The notes: generated by a model from the sequence alone, not told the origin. Shown: positions 1 through 10,650, counted from the stretch's first letter. The stretch: 64,000 bases of DNA from an uncultured Granulicatella sp. (GCF_963521425.1 NZ_CAUQUN010000005.1:15090-79089); one strand, 5' to 3'. Translations and numbers: made by a program.

Positions 1-544
1 TAACTCCTAACTCTTTTCCCTTACGTTGGAAGATTGGTTCTTCTCCCCAGCCAAATGATGAATCTAAATGAATCGGAATTTGTTTTTCAATGATTCGTTT
101 ATTTTCATCCGAGTACATCGCATAATTAAATGTAAAATCTCCAGTATTACTAAAATATGAAGTCCAATGAATATCATAAAATAGTGAAGAATTGTCTAAT
201 TGTAATACATGTCTATGACTGACAAGTAATGAACGTTCTAAAAGAGGAATACGACTTAATATCGCTTGTTCTCTCGCTTGCCCATTCCAAGTCCCTAATG
301 TTTGAAATAGTTTTTCCACTTTCCCATCAACAATGGCTGATGTCGAAACACTATTACTGATTTTTCCTGCGCCTTCTTTTCCTACTTCAAAAACTGTCCC
401 TTTTAAATATTGATTGGCTTCAGCTGAAGTTTCTATGGTGTAAGGAGCATCTGACATTGACGTCCAAACCATATTCCCAATTCCTAAAACTAGAAACCCA
501 ACAACAATTACGAGTAATCCCCATGCAAATTTAATTGATTTCAT
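1..544 (-). CDS. Hypothetical membrane-anchored protein, last visible gene of the ytr-like operon; truncated at the window edge
   Basis: Manual translation from ATG 544 (GGGGGTG RBS): MKSIKFAWGLLVIVVGFLVLGIGNMVW..., with an N-terminal TM helix; frame stays open to position 1. Confidence 0.75.
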   Translation of the reverse strand, partial: MKSIKFAWGLLVIVVGFLVLGIGNMVWTSMSDAPYTIETSAEANQYLKGTVFEVGKEGAGKISNSVSTSAIVDGKVEKLFQTLGTWNGQAREQAILSRIPLLERSLLVSHRHVLQLDNSSLFYDIHWTSYFSNTGDFTFNYAMYSDENKRIIEKQIPIHLDSSFGWGEEPIFQRKGKELGV

Positions 545-557
545 AATCTCACCCCCA

Positions 558-1352
558 CTAAACACTGACTTTACGTTCTAATAAATAATAATCGACGAAC
601 CAATGAATACCCATAAATACGACAGCATACAAGATTGTCACAAAATATTGCTCCGTTTGAGTAAACGATAGGTTTACCATCACTTGAACATAACTTGCTA
701 AAATACCACAACAAATAACAAAGTAACCCACTAAAGATGACACCATCAAAACCCAACCATATGCTTTCAATCCTTCTTCTAAAATTGCTAATTGGAAGAA
801 GAAAACAATGACAACCATTAAAAATGCCATACACCATGCATAAGCAGTTCCATTTAACGGTAATAAATATTGTAACATTGAACCCGAATTCAAGAAGTCC
901 GTATAATGAATATGGTTTGCTAAAACTGGAAATCTCCAAAGCAATAGCGCCTTATTCACTCCAAGAATGATAAATTGTGTTATTTGAAGTACTAAAATGT
1001 AAGACAAAATCGTTAAAAATTTTGCAAAATACACTTGCATTCGATTCCCTGGTAGTAAGAATAATCGATTAATAAAATTCCCCTTACTACGAAATTCTTT
1101 GACCCAAATATAAACCGAAGCAATAATAATAATGATAAAAGCTGCCATCAGTGCTAAATTCATTCCAAATCTTGATTGCACTAAATCCGTCACGCTTCTT
1201 GTATCTTCGACATTAAGATTTTTAGGATCTATTCTTAAAATACGCATCAGATGAACTAATACTTGAATGACAAAGAACACAATCATTAGAAATCCTAACA
1301 TAAATTTACTTTTTCCCAACTCATACAACCATAAATTAAAAATCTTTTTCAT
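558..1352 (-). CDS. ABC-2 type permease
   Basis: 264 aa, about 6 hydrophobic segments, overlaps the ABC ATPase stop (ATGA). Confidence 0.75.
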   Translation of the reverse strand: MKKIFNLWLYELGKSKFMLGFLMIVFFVIQVLVHLMRILRIDPKNLNVEDTRSVTDLVQSRFGMNLALMAAFIIIIIASVYIWVKEFRSKGNFINRLFLLPGNRMQVYFAKFLTILSYILVLQITQFIILGVNKALLLWRFPVLANHIHYTDFLNSGSMLQYLLPLNGTAYAWCMAFLMVVIVFFFQLAILEEGLKAYGWVLMVSSLVGYFVICCGILASYVQVMVNLSFTQTEQYFVTILYAVVFMGIHWFVDYYLLERKVSV

Positions 1353-2038
1353 GATTGATACACCTCCCTCATCACATCTACAATAGATTTACCTTCTTCT
1401 TCACGCACTTGTTCTGCATAAAATTCTTTAATCACTTTTCCTTCATCTAATAAGATAGCTTTATCAACAATATATTCAATATCTTCAATTTCATGAGACG
1501 TTAAAATAACTCCAATTCCTTCTAATAAATCTGAAGTAAATAATTGTACAATTTGTTCTCTTGAAAAAATATCAATTCCGGAAAATGGTTCATCCATTAA
1601 TACGAAATCAACATCTAGGGATAAACCTAATAACAAGTTAACTTTTGCAACATTTCCTTTTGATAATTGTTGAATCACTTCATTCCCTTTGAATTTGAAG
1701 AAATGTAATAATTTTTTAGCTTTGTCATCATTCCAATTCGGATAAAAAGTTCTCATAAAAGCCATCGCTTCAAAAACCGTTTCACCTTTATTGACGACAA
1801 TTTGATCACAAATGTACGCTAACTTCTTCGAGCGATCTCCTTTGATCACTTGTCCATCAATACTTACTTCCCCTTTTTTGATTGGAATTAACCCCATGAT
1901 CATATTCATAATCGTTGTTTTCCCAATCCCATTCACTCCGATTAATACGGTAATTTCTCCACGTTCTGCTGTGAAAGAAATTCCATTTAACACCGTTTTG
2001 TTGCCAAATCTCTTATGTAAATGTTTCACTTCTAACAT
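1349..2038 (-). CDS. ABC transporter ATP-binding protein (YtrB-like)
   Basis: Walker A GVNGIGKT, LSKG signature, Walker B VLMDEP. Confidence 0.92.
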   Translation of the reverse strand: MLEVKHLHKRFGNKTVLNGISFTAERGEITVLIGVNGIGKTTIMNMIMGLIPIKKGEVSIDGQVIKGDRSKKLAYICDQIVVNKGETVFEAMAFMRTFYPNWNDDKAKKLLHFFKFKGNEVIQQLSKGNVAKVNLLLGLSLDVDFVLMDEPFSGIDIFSREQIVQLFTSDLLEGIGVILTSHEIEDIEYIVDKAILLDEGKVIKEFYAEQVREEEGKSIVDVMREVYQS

Positions 2039-2039
2039 G

Positions 2040-2411
2040 CTACTCTCCCTCTCTTCTCTTCATCGCCTGTTCCAACTGTTCCATGACTTCCTCATTCGAA
2101 ACATGTAATGGATAAATTGAATCTGCAAATATTTGTATCGCTTCTTGTAACATTTCTTGCTTTAATTGCCCAATTAATTGGGGATTATCGGTCACTCGAC
2201 TCATGACATTATTTCCTGTAGAAATCAACCCCATCTCCTCCATTTCTCGAAATGCCCTTTGAACAGTGTTCGGATTGACTTGCAGTTGACTAGCAAATTC
2301 TCTTCGACTGGGCAATTCTTTTCCTAATTCCCATTCACCCGATACAATTTGCTTTTTAACATAGTCAATAATCTGTTCATATACCGGCAATCGTTTATCA
2401 AATTGGATCAT
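2040..2411 (-). CDS. ytrA: GntR family regulator, YtrA subfamily
   Basis: PVYEQI...LPSRRE...VNPNTVQRA winged helix, short C-terminus, precedes ABC genes. Confidence 0.85.
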   Translation of the reverse strand: MIQFDKRLPVYEQIIDYVKKQIVSGEWELGKELPSRREFASQLQVNPNTVQRAFREMEEMGLISTGNNVMSRVTDNPQLIGQLKQEMLQEAIQIFADSIYPLHVSNEEVMEQLEQAMKRREGE

Positions 2412-2437
2412 AACATTTCATCCCCTCCTTGTACTAT

Positions 2438-2504
2438 TGTGTTAATGCATTAATACACTTTGTTCCTTGACTGTATTATACGCTTAACACACTTGGTTCG
2501 TCAA
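2438..2504 (-). promoter_or_regulatory. Promoter of the ytr-like operon with two YtrA-type operators
   Basis: TTGACG (2504-2499), 18 bp, TATAAT (2480-2475); near-palindromes TGTGTTAATGCATTAATACA (2438-2457) and TGTATTATACGCTTAACACA (2472-2491). Confidence 0.7.
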
Positions 2505-2600
2505 CTGTTTTTTGAAAACTTTTTTAGTTAATCCGAAAAATTCTTTTGATGGCTGTTTTTTTCGATAGATTTGTCAATCGAATAGCGATTTTCGCAAACA

Positions 2601-2637
2601 AAAAAACTTTAGATAGGAATTTCCCATCTAAAGTTTT
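2601..2637 (-). terminator. Intrinsic terminator after the tautomerase gene
   Basis: AAAACTTTAGAT...ATCTAAAGTTTT stem with a U-tract on the minus strand. Confidence 0.65.
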
Positions 2638-2646
2638 CATTAGGCA

Positions 2647-2826
2647 TTAGCCACGTAATTGACCATTTTGCCCTAAGTTTTCATGTTTGATTTCTTGAAT
2701 AATAATGTGAATATGTTCTGTAGGAGCACCCATGTTTTTCGAAACAACTTCTGTCACTTCTTTGACAAGCGCTTCTTTTTGTTCACGTGTACGTCCTTCT
2801 AACATTTCAATATGAATAAACGGCAT
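2647..2826 (-). CDS. 4-oxalocrotonate tautomerase family protein (59 aa; absent from the ORF track)
   Basis: Manual translation MPFIHIEMLEGRTREQKEALVKEVTEVVSKNMGAPTEHIHIIIQEIKHENLGQNGQLRG; catalytic Pro1, GRT..QK motif, GGAGG RBS. Confidence 0.92.
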   Translation of the reverse strand: MPFIHIEMLEGRTREQKEALVKEVTEVVSKNMGAPTEHIHIIIQEIKHENLGQNGQLRG

Positions 2827-2859
2827 ACTATCCCTCCTTATTTTAAGAATAGTATACGC

Positions 2860-3387
2860 CTATACTCGATATTTCTCAATGATCTGTTGCATGGTTTGAT
2901 TACGAAACAGCACATATAAAATCACAGTATTCAACGGTAAACTGATGATATTTTTCAAAATTCGAAGTCCCATAAAGGCTGAAAAAGCTTTTTGCGTCAT
3001 CATATAAATCCAAATCGAATTAAATCCTAAATTAATCACAACTGTAATAATGAGTACTGTCACAAAAATACGTGAAAGTGTTAATTCTTTACGATACAGG
3101 AAATATCCGTAAATTAATCCTCCTAAAACGGCTGTTAAAGTAAATCCAGGGAAAAAGGTACTCGCTTCCCCTCTTAGAAAATTCCCTAAAATATCTACAA
3201 AAAAGCCTACAACAGCTGCTCGATAAGGTCCTAAAATTACCCCAGCAAGTGCCGCTCCGATAAATCCAAATCCGATTTGTACGAGATTCCCCATTTTAAT
3301 CGATGGAATCATCTCAATGATTAAACGCATGGCAATCATTAATGCGGTTACCGTTAATGTTCTTGTTAATTGTGTTTGTTTGTTCAT
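2860..3387 (-). CDS. folT: Folate ECF transporter S component
   Basis: Hydrophobic 175 aa, FFPGFTLTAVLGGLIYG motif, THF riboswitch upstream. Confidence 0.9.
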   Translation of the reverse strand: MNKQTQLTRTLTVTALMIAMRLIIEMIPSIKMGNLVQIGFGFIGAALAGVILGPYRAAVVGFFVDILGNFLRGEASTFFPGFTLTAVLGGLIYGYFLYRKELTLSRIFVTVLIITVVINLGFNSIWIYMMTQKAFSAFMGLRILKNIISLPLNTVILYVLFRNQTMQQIIEKYRV

Positions 3388-3450
3388 ATTAGCATCTCCT
3401 TTTAACTGTCATAAAGAGCTGCTCCATTTAATAAATGGTCTGTCATTAAA

Positions 3451-3548
3451 TGCAGCGAATGCGAATACACTACCGCAAAGAATTTTCTTTTTCGTCCAAT
3501 CGGCAACATCCCATCCGTTTGGCACTTAACGCAATATATTCTACTCTG
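3451..3548 (-). ncRNA. THF (tetrahydrofolate) riboswitch
   Basis: Minus strand CAGAGTAG...GCGTTAAGTG...GATGGGATGTTGCC...ACGAA...GCGGT...GCATTCGCTG matches conserved THF-I aptamer segments; lies 5' of folT. Confidence 0.9.
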
Positions 3549-3745
3549 ATTTGTAGTGGTTCATCTCTTCGATTGACGAAACCTTTTCCATGCACTCCTT
3601 TCTACCAGGAAATAGCATACCTGTTTTTAAGAACAACGTCAATGAATCTGTCGTACTTCCGTTTGTTTCTATCTTTTCCAAAAGGGAATTGATGAATAAG
3701 GCGCTTTCAAGTATAATGAAAGTAATAGATAAGGATGTGAAAAGT

Positions 3746-4588
3746 ATGAGTAATGAACGTTATTTAGTGATTGAATCGAATATGCGAAGTTTATCCTTCC
3801 ATTTAGAATCTATTACAAAATCAAAATATGATAGCGACTGGCACAGCACTATCCATTCTCATCCATTTATGGAATTATTTTATGTATTAGATGGAAAGGG
3901 AGAATTTTTAATTGAAAACCGTCGTTTTCCTGTAAAAGCACAAGATTTTGTTATCATTAATCCTCAAGTAGATCATACAGAAGTTTCTTCTCCTGAAGAA
4001 CCTCTTGAATATATTGTATTAGGAATTACTGGACTTTCTTTTTCTAACTTTTTTAATACGCAAACTAATGTTGAACAACCTTTTTCATTTTTTAACTTAC
4101 GAGATGAACAAAAAGATATTTTAGTGTATTTAAACGCAATGGTAACAGAAGCAACCAACCACTCGATGAGCTATGAGTTAGTTTGTCATAATTTATTAGA
4201 AATATTACTGATTAAAATTCTTCGCAATAAATCTTTTGAAATTGATGTAAGCCCGATTAATAAAACGACAAAAGATATTAGTCTCATCAAACATTATTTA
4301 AAGACACATTACCAAGAACAAATCTCTTTACAAGACTTAGCAGATTTAACCCATTTAAGTCGATTTTATATTTCTCATAGTTTTAAAAATGAAATGGGAC
4401 AAACTCCAATGGAATATTTAACCGATATTCGAATTGAGGAAAGTAAAGTACTCCTTTCTACAACGAATTATTCGATGTCACAAATTGCATCCATTGTAGG
4501 ATTTTCAACTCAAGCTTATTTTTCAAAACAATTTAAACAAAAAATGGGCATGACACCACTCGCATACCGCAAATCTCAACTAGAATAA
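3746..4588 (+). CDS. AraC family regulator (cupin plus double HTH)
   Basis: HSHPFMELFYV cupin and IASIVGFSTQAYFSKQFK; ATG 3746 preferred over 3590 (AAGGA RBS, upstream TATAAT). Confidence 0.88.
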   Translation: MSNERYLVIESNMRSLSFHLESITKSKYDSDWHSTIHSHPFMELFYVLDGKGEFLIENRRFPVKAQDFVIINPQVDHTEVSSPEEPLEYIVLGITGLSFSNFFNTQTNVEQPFSFFNLRDEQKDILVYLNAMVTEATNHSMSYELVCHNLLEILLIKILRNKSFEIDVSPINKTTKDISLIKHYLKTHYQEQISLQDLADLTHLSRFYISHSFKNEMGQTPMEYLTDIRIEESKVLLSTTNYSMSQIASIVGFSTQAYFSKQFKQKMGMTPLAYRKSQLE

Positions 4589-4597
4589 GGTGAAACA

Positions 4598-5164
4598 ATG
4601 ATTCGACACCCCAACCCAGAAGAAAGAAAACAAATCATTCCGCTCATCCAAACCATTATCGATGATATGGAATTGCCTATTTTAACAAAAATATCACTCA
4701 GCACTCTTCATGCGATGCTAGAAGAAGCAATGCTACACGAAGACTTCCGATATAGTCTAACCAATACACTTGTTTATATTGAAGACGGAACCGTTGAAGG
4801 AGCAATTTTTGGCTACCATGGACATCTAGAAGAAAAGATCGATGACCCATTTTATCAATTGTATGAAAAGCACAATATTCCTTCTTCCATTCGTCTCTAT
4901 GAAGATTCTGAAACACAAGCCGGTGAATGGTATATTGATATTCTCTCTGTGCATGAAAATCATCGAAGAAAAGGAATTGGGATAAAATTACTACAGGAAG
5001 CTGAAGAATTAGCCAAACAACAAGGCGCTAGTGTCATTGCTTTGAATTGTGATGAGATGAATGTCAAAGCGTATCAGCTCTATCAAAAACTAGGCTATTC
5101 TGCAACTAGTACAAAAATCCTAAGCGGACATTCTTATTATCATATGACAAAAAAACTTGAGTGA
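4598..5164 (+). CDS. GNAT family N-acetyltransferase
   Basis: YIDILSVHENHRRKGIG acetyl-CoA motif, N..AYQLYQKLGY. Confidence 0.88.
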   Translation: MIRHPNPEERKQIIPLIQTIIDDMELPILTKISLSTLHAMLEEAMLHEDFRYSLTNTLVYIEDGTVEGAIFGYHGHLEEKIDDPFYQLYEKHNIPSSIRLYEDSETQAGEWYIDILSVHENHRRKGIGIKLLQEAEELAKQQGASVIALNCDEMNVKAYQLYQKLGYSATSTKILSGHSYYHMTKKLE

Positions 5165-5186
5165 TGTTGAGTCACTCAAGTTTTTT
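5150..5186. terminator. Bidirectional terminator
   Basis: AAAAAACTTGAGTGA...TCACTCAAGTTTTTT between convergent genes. Confidence 0.75.
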
Positions 5187-5203
5187 CGTTTTTTTATAGG
5201 ATG

Positions 5204-6823
5204 TTATTGCACACTTGCTTGACGTAAGTTCACCGTACGTCCAAATGGCAATACTTCAAAGCCTTTTACATTTTCAGCTAATAAATAGCTTTGAGAAGCT
5301 TGGTAAATTGGAGCTACTACTGCATCATTCATAATAATTTTTTCTGCAGCTAGCATTTGATTCCAACGATTTTCTGGTTGAGTCGCATAAGTAGATTTCA
5401 CAGCATCTACTGCTTTATCATATTCAGGATTAGAGTATTTCCCAAAGTTAATACCGCCACCTGTAATATATTGCTCTAAGAAGTTCAATGGATCTTGATA
5501 ATCTGGAGCCCAAGTTCCGTAAAAAATATCATAGTCGCTTGCACGTTGTAATTCTAAACGATTTTTCAATGGAACAGGTTGTAATTTAAATGTTACACCT
5601 GGTAAGTTCTTTTGAATTTGAGCTTGTAAATATTCCCCTACAAGTTTTGAAGTTCCTGTATCAGAAGTTAATAAAGTAACCGTTACTTCACTAACACCTA
5701 ATTCTTTTTTCGCTAATTCCCATTCTTTTTGAGCTTCTTGTACATCAAACTTCAAGAAATCGCCTGATTCATCTACAAAATCTTTTCCAGTTGCTTCATT
5801 TGTTGCAAAACTTTTTGGAATTAATCCTGTTGAAGGAATTGATCCATCTTTTAAGACATTATTTGTTAATGCTTGTTTGTCATAAGCCATCGCAATGGCA
5901 CGACGGAAGTGTTGATTTGCTGTTGTTGGTTTCAATGTATTAAAATTCATATATCCCATTGTTGCTTTTGGTTGCGCATGGAATGTTGATTGAGATTTAT
6001 ATTGATCCACAAATTGGTCACTAATCGTTGTATATTGAACTTGTTTTGAATCAAATAATTGAACAGAAGTTGCTACCTCTTTTGATACATTTACGGTTAC
6101 TTCGTTTAAAGCAACATTACTTGCATCCCAATAATCAGCATTTTTCACTAATTTCCAAGTTAATTCTGAACCTGTCCATCCTTCTAATTTAAATGGTCCA
6201 TTTACAACTACATTCGAAACATTTGAACCATATTGATCACCTAATTTTTGAGCTACCGCTTCAGATTGTGGTAAAAAACGTGAGCCTGTTAATAATTTTG
6301 GTAAATATGGAGCTGGATTTTCAAGTGTAATTTCTAATGTTTTATCATCAAGAGCCTTAACTCCTAATTCTTCCACTGGTAATTCTCCACTACGAATTTT
6401 TTTCGCATTTTTGAACACATCCGCTGATTGTGCTACATGTCCTTCTTGTGGATTCACTAATTTACGATAAGTAAAGACAAAATCTTGTGCTTTTACAGCA
6501 GATCCATCTGACCATTTTGCATCACGTAATGTAAATGTGTAAACTAAACCATCTTCACTCACTTTTGGATCTTGAGCAGCCATTCCTAATTCCACTTTAT
6601 TATTCGCAGCTACACGATATAATCCTTCAAAAATTTGTCCCATCATATCTGAACTTGGAACATCATCATAATCGGCACTATCTAATGTTGTTAATTCCCC
6701 AAAGGTTGTCATTGTTAAGCGATTTGCAGCATTCGTAGAACTTGATGATGAATTGCTGCCACAAGCAGCCAAACCTACCGCCACTAATAAACTGGTCGCT
6801 AACATTTTGGTTGTTTTTTTCAT
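5204..6823 (-). CDS. oppA: Oligopeptide ABC substrate-binding lipoprotein (orphan OppA)
   Basis: Lipobox LAAC, DGLVYTFTLRDAKWSDG, NGPFKL; no oppBCDF adjacent; start moved to MKKTTK. Confidence 0.85.
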   Translation of the reverse strand: MKKTTKMLATSLLVAVGLAACGSNSSSSSTNAANRLTMTTFGELTTLDSADYDDVPSSDMMGQIFEGLYRVAANNKVELGMAAQDPKVSEDGLVYTFTLRDAKWSDGSAVKAQDFVFTYRKLVNPQEGHVAQSADVFKNAKKIRSGELPVEELGVKALDDKTLEITLENPAPYLPKLLTGSRFLPQSEAVAQKLGDQYGSNVSNVVVNGPFKLEGWTGSELTWKLVKNADYWDASNVALNEVTVNVSKEVATSVQLFDSKQVQYTTISDQFVDQYKSQSTFHAQPKATMGYMNFNTLKPTTANQHFRRAIAMAYDKQALTNNVLKDGSIPSTGLIPKSFATNEATGKDFVDESGDFLKFDVQEAQKEWELAKKELGVSEVTVTLLTSDTGTSKLVGEYLQAQIQKNLPGVTFKLQPVPLKNRLELQRASDYDIFYGTWAPDYQDPLNFLEQYITGGGINFGKYSNPEYDKAVDAVKSTYATQPENRWNQMLAAEKIIMNDAVVAPIYQASQSYLLAENVKGFEVLPFGRTVNLRQASVQ

Positions 6824-6970
6824 AACAATTCTCCTTTTCATTTCATTCATCGTTTATAACGATAGAGCTATAGTAACAGATTTTATCCGATTCCCCAATT
6901 ATTCTGCTCACGGTTTTGAAAATTTTCTGAAAATAAAAAAGGCTGTCTTTAAAGACAACCCTAATTTGTA

Positions 6971-7780
6971 TTATTCATGATAAACGCTTTTTGTTTTATT
7001 TAAGAATGCGTAAGCTAATCCAACGATCACGCCACCACCGATTGTATTACCGATGAACGCTACTACCCAGTGACGAATTAAGTTGAACCAGTTCATAAAT
7101 TCTAGAGATGGAGAAACTGCTGAGAATTTAACAATTGAGAATGAAGCAAAGTTTGCTACCACGTGTTCTTCTCCTAAAAATACGAACATGAAAATTGCTG
7201 AAATAATAATCCACATTTTAGCAGCATCATCTTTAATTAATAAGAATGCTAAGATTGCAACGTTAACAAAGATATTCGCTAAAACAGCTTCTAAAAGAAC
7301 TTGTCCATTTCCTCTTAATGCTTTCCCTTTAACAAGACCAACGATGAAGTGTTGAACATCTATTGCATTAAAAGCTGAACTATACGCAAATGCTGCACCG
7401 ATAATCATCGCTCCAATCAAGTTGAAGATTCCGCAGTATAATAAAATTGTTACAGCTTTTGATAGGCGAATATTTTTTTGATAAACTCCTGCTGTTAAAT
7501 ACATCATATTAGATGTTGCTAATTCAGAATTTAAGAATAAGATATAAACTAATCCCCAAGTAAAAATAAATGCAAAGAAAAATTTACTTAACGCTGGATT
7601 TAATCCTGCAATCACTTGTGCTGCTGCCGCTCCTGCTGCTGTACTCATTGTTAGAAAAGCTCCTGCAAACATTGAGCGTAATGCATAGCGTGCTTTACTT
7701 TCGTCAAACAACGCCTCTTTCTTCTGACAAGCTTTTGCTACTTTTTCTGAAAATTCATAACCTTGTGCCATATAGGTCAT
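6971..7780 (-). CDS. Formate/nitrite transporter family protein
   Basis: ELATSNM, EHVVANF and GNTIGG FNT motifs. Confidence 0.9.
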   Translation of the reverse strand: MTYMAQGYEFSEKVAKACQKKEALFDESKARYALRSMFAGAFLTMSTAAGAAAAQVIAGLNPALSKFFFAFIFTWGLVYILFLNSELATSNMMYLTAGVYQKNIRLSKAVTILLYCGIFNLIGAMIIGAAFAYSSAFNAIDVQHFIVGLVKGKALRGNGQVLLEAVLANIFVNVAILAFLLIKDDAAKMWIIISAIFMFVFLGEEHVVANFASFSIVKFSAVSPSLEFMNWFNLIRHWVVAFIGNTIGGGVIVGLAYAFLNKTKSVYHE

Positions 7781-7963
7781 TTCCTCCTTTTAATTACTCT
7801 TCCTTTTTTGGAATAATACTTTGTCAGTATACCACTTTTTTCACAATGTGAGAAGATAAGATTTTATATTTTTTAATTTCTTCTTTGAATATAAATAACT
7901 TTACATTCTAACTTGCTTTCGCTATGATAATATAGGTTTAAATAAACACTCTAGGAGGATTTT

Positions 7964-8365
7964 ATGAAAAAATTATTAGCATTAGCTTTATTAACCCTAT
8001 CTTTAGGAGCATGCGCACAACCAGCTGCACCTGCAAAACAGTCAACTCAAGAAACAACAACTACAGCAAAAGTAGAACAAACCATTACTGTCAATGTTAA
8101 AAAAGACGGAGAACCAATTTCAGGTAGCCCATTTACATTAACTTTCAAAGATGGCGATAAATTATTAACAGTCATGAAAGAACAAATGCAAATCGTTGAA
8201 AAAGATGGTTTTATTTCTGCAATTAACGGAATCGAGCAAGACCCAGCAAGCCAAAAATATTGGTTATTTGATGTCAACGGAGAAATGAGCCAAGTCGGCT
8301 CTAACCAAGTTGATTTAAAACAAGGTGACGTTATCGATTGGAAATTAGAAGCCTTTAAACAATAA
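7964..8365 (+). CDS. DUF4430 / transcobalamin-like C-terminal domain lipoprotein
   Basis: Lipobox LGAC; GFISAINGIEQ...YWLFDVNGEMSQVG...LKQGDVIDW. Confidence 0.8.
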   Translation: MKKLLALALLTLSLGACAQPAAPAKQSTQETTTTAKVEQTITVNVKKDGEPISGSPFTLTFKDGDKLLTVMKEQMQIVEKDGFISAINGIEQDPASQKYWLFDVNGEMSQVGSNQVDLKQGDVIDWKLEAFKQ

Positions 8366-8904
8366 TGAAAAATACTACTATTTTTTCTATTAGAAAAATT
8401 ACACTCATCGCATTACTATCAACCTTAGCCTATGTTGGTAGACTCCTATTTGCCTGGATTCCAAATGTTCAACCGGTGACGGTGATTCTATTAATCATTA
8501 CCCTAGAAATGGGATTAGTAGAAGGAATTCTAACAGCTAGTTTATCCATGATTTTGTCTAATATCTTTTTAGGAATGGGGCCATGGACCTTGTATCAAAT
8601 TGCTAGTTTTGCGATTGTCATTCTTGTATTTTTTTGTTTGAAACCTTTCTGGAGACAAACTTGGAAACAACCCTTATTGAAATTAGCCTTTTTTACAATC
8701 ATGGCTGGTTTAACGGGATATTTATACGGATTTGTCATTTCGATTTTTTCTGTATATTTTTATCACATCCCTAAATTTTGGGTATATTATTTACAAGGAT
8801 TACCATTTGATACGCTACATGCATTGGGAAATATTGGTTTTTGGATAATCTTATCACCAATATTGCCACGTATTATTCAAAAATATCAAACTAAATTTCA
8901 GTAA
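8365..8904 (+). CDS. cbrT: ECF S component, CbrT-like (probable cobalamin)
   Basis: IPNVQPVT, GMGPWT, GLPFDTLHALGN motifs; translationally coupled (TAATG). Confidence 0.7.
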   Translation: MKNTTIFSIRKITLIALLSTLAYVGRLLFAWIPNVQPVTVILLIITLEMGLVEGILTASLSMILSNIFLGMGPWTLYQIASFAIVILVFFCLKPFWRQTWKQPLLKLAFFTIMAGLTGYLYGFVISIFSVYFYHIPKFWVYYLQGLPFDTLHALGNIGFWIILSPILPRIIQKYQTKFQ

Positions 8905-8927
8905 TACAAAAAGGAGATTGATGCCAT

Positions 8928-9227
8928 TCAATCTCCTTCTTTTTTTATTTCTATTGGTTGACAACAATCACAAATTCTCTTTTTTCGATAATCTTTATGT
9001 CGTCTTACTGTAAATTCATCTGGAACTGGATCTTGTCCTCCTAAAATAAATGGATGACATCTCATAATTCTGCCAATTCCCATTATTACACCCTTAATAA
9101 CGCCATGTTTTTCAATTGCTTGAATCATATACGTTGAACAAGTTGGTCGATAAATACAAGATGGTGGAAATAATGGTGAAATCCACTTTTGATATCCTCG
9201 AACCAATCCAATCATTATTCTTTTCAC
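8928..9227 (-). CDS. yidD: Membrane protein insertion efficiency factor
   Basis: YQKWISP...[10 protein letters not shown]...RCHPF..GGQDPVP; GTG start after GAGGTG. Confidence 0.9.
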   Translation of the reverse strand: MKRIMIGLVRGYQKWISPLFPPSCIYRPTCSTYMIQAIEKHGVIKGVIMGIGRIMRCHPFILGGQDPVPDEFTVRRHKDYRKKRICDCCQPIEIKKEGD

Positions 9228-9238
9228 ACAAAACACCT

Positions 9239-9850
9239 CTACCCTTGAATCCATTTAAAAAGGACTTGTACTCCTTCTGCTGCGATTAATGTATAAACAT
9301 ATAGTGTAACAGGTTTTGCCACTAAACAAATTGCTACAAACTTCTTAAACGTCATCTTCCCTAATCCTGCTACCATACATAAAAAATCATCAGGAAACCC
9401 TGGTAACACTAATGCCCAGAAAAAGAATCGTTCGAATTTCTTTCCATCATTTAAATAGCCAATATATTTATCATAAGTTTCTTGAGAAACAAATGCTTGA
9501 ACGACTGTCTCTCCATACCGTCTCGCTAGCAAAAAATTAATCATAGATCCAATCATAATCCCAATAAAATTATAAATAAACCCATATAATGGACCAAACA
9601 CAAGATGCCCTACTACACAAGTTAAGCCTCCCGGAATAATCGGATAAACAACTTGTACAATTTGAATGGATATAAAGAATAACACCCCATAAATCCCCCA
9701 ATTACCAACCAACTGCTGGAATGCTCCTCCAACTTCAAAATAATGATGTTTCGCAATGATATATCCTAAATAAATCGTAAGGATAATTCCTGCTATCGTC
9801 AATACTTGAATTATTTTTCGGTTTAGTGCAATTGCATTTGTTTTGTTCAT
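9239..9850 (-). CDS. TVP38/TMEM64 (DedA/VTT) family membrane protein
   Basis: [25 protein letters not shown]. Confidence 0.88.
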   Translation of the reverse strand: MNKTNAIALNRKIIQVLTIAGIILTIYLGYIIAKHHYFEVGGAFQQLVGNWGIYGVLFFISIQIVQVVYPIIPGGLTCVVGHLVFGPLYGFIYNFIGIMIGSMINFLLARRYGETVVQAFVSQETYDKYIGYLNDGKKFERFFFWALVLPGFPDDFLCMVAGLGKMTFKKFVAICLVAKPVTLYVYTLIAAEGVQVLFKWIQG

Positions 9851-9965
9851 AATTTCCTCCAGTAATCTTCTTCCATTTGAATCATTTACAAGATTACTTT
9901 AACAAATCAAATATGAAAAATCCTTGATTTTTTCTAACAAAAACGGTAATAACCTTACATTACTG

Positions 9966-10496
9966 TCACAATGATTCCATCCAAGGTTTATGAATAGAAA
10001 CATGATTCATTAATTCTTCTTGTCGTTTCAATTGTTCTAATCGAGCTAAACGTCTCTCTTCATAGCCACTACAAATAAATTTCTCTTCTGCCGTTTCCGG
10101 CTCAATCGCTGGAACTGCAAAATCTGTCTCCCCTTCTCGAGGTAAAGCTACAAACGTCCAAAAACTAGTTGCCGCCAAATAACGTTCACCTGTTAAAACA
10201 TCTTCTCCTACCACTTTACAAAAAACTTCCATACTTTTCTTTCCAACACCAGAAATATAAGTTTCCACACAAACAGAATGTCCTAATGGTAAAGGTTTTA
10301 AATAATTCATTGCATCAACAGAAGCAGTCACTGCTAAACGACGACAATGACGAGATACTGTAATCGATGCACAATCATCAATAATTCGTGTTAAATTCCC
10401 TCCAAATAATGTTTGATGCATATTCACATCAAATGGAAAAATTCTTCTAGATTGAATCGCACGTGTTTGTGCGCAAGTTTTAATGGTTGTATTCAT
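9966..10496 (-). CDS. Acyl-CoA thioesterase (hotdog fold)
   Basis: NMHQTLFGG, AVTASVD, SMEVFCKV; start at MNTTIK after GGAG. Confidence 0.88.
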   Translation of the reverse strand: MNTTIKTCAQTRAIQSRRIFPFDVNMHQTLFGGNLTRIIDDCASITVSRHCRRLAVTASVDAMNYLKPLPLGHSVCVETYISGVGKKSMEVFCKVVGEDVLTGERYLAATSFWTFVALPREGETDFAVPAIEPETAEEKFICSGYEERRLARLEQLKRQEELMNHVSIHKPWMESL

Positions 10497-10650
10497 AATA
10501 ACTCCTCTAATATTCGATAAGGTTATTGTACCATTCCTTTTCTTTTTTTCAAAAAGTATGGCTTTGATTTTATAGGTAACTAAGTTTTTATATTGTACAC
10601 AAAAAAGAGAGAGCAACTTTCGTTACTCTCTCATACTCAAACTTCAATTC

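Noticed and set aside
3317..3745. Short + strand ORFs and the long N-terminal extension of AraC
   Set aside because: They overlap the THF riboswitch and divergent promoters; a better start exists at 3746.
7820..7960. Rex box or cobalamin riboswitch in the FNT/DUF4430 intergenic region
   Set aside because: Only a TTGTGAA half site; no B12-box motifs and too little space.
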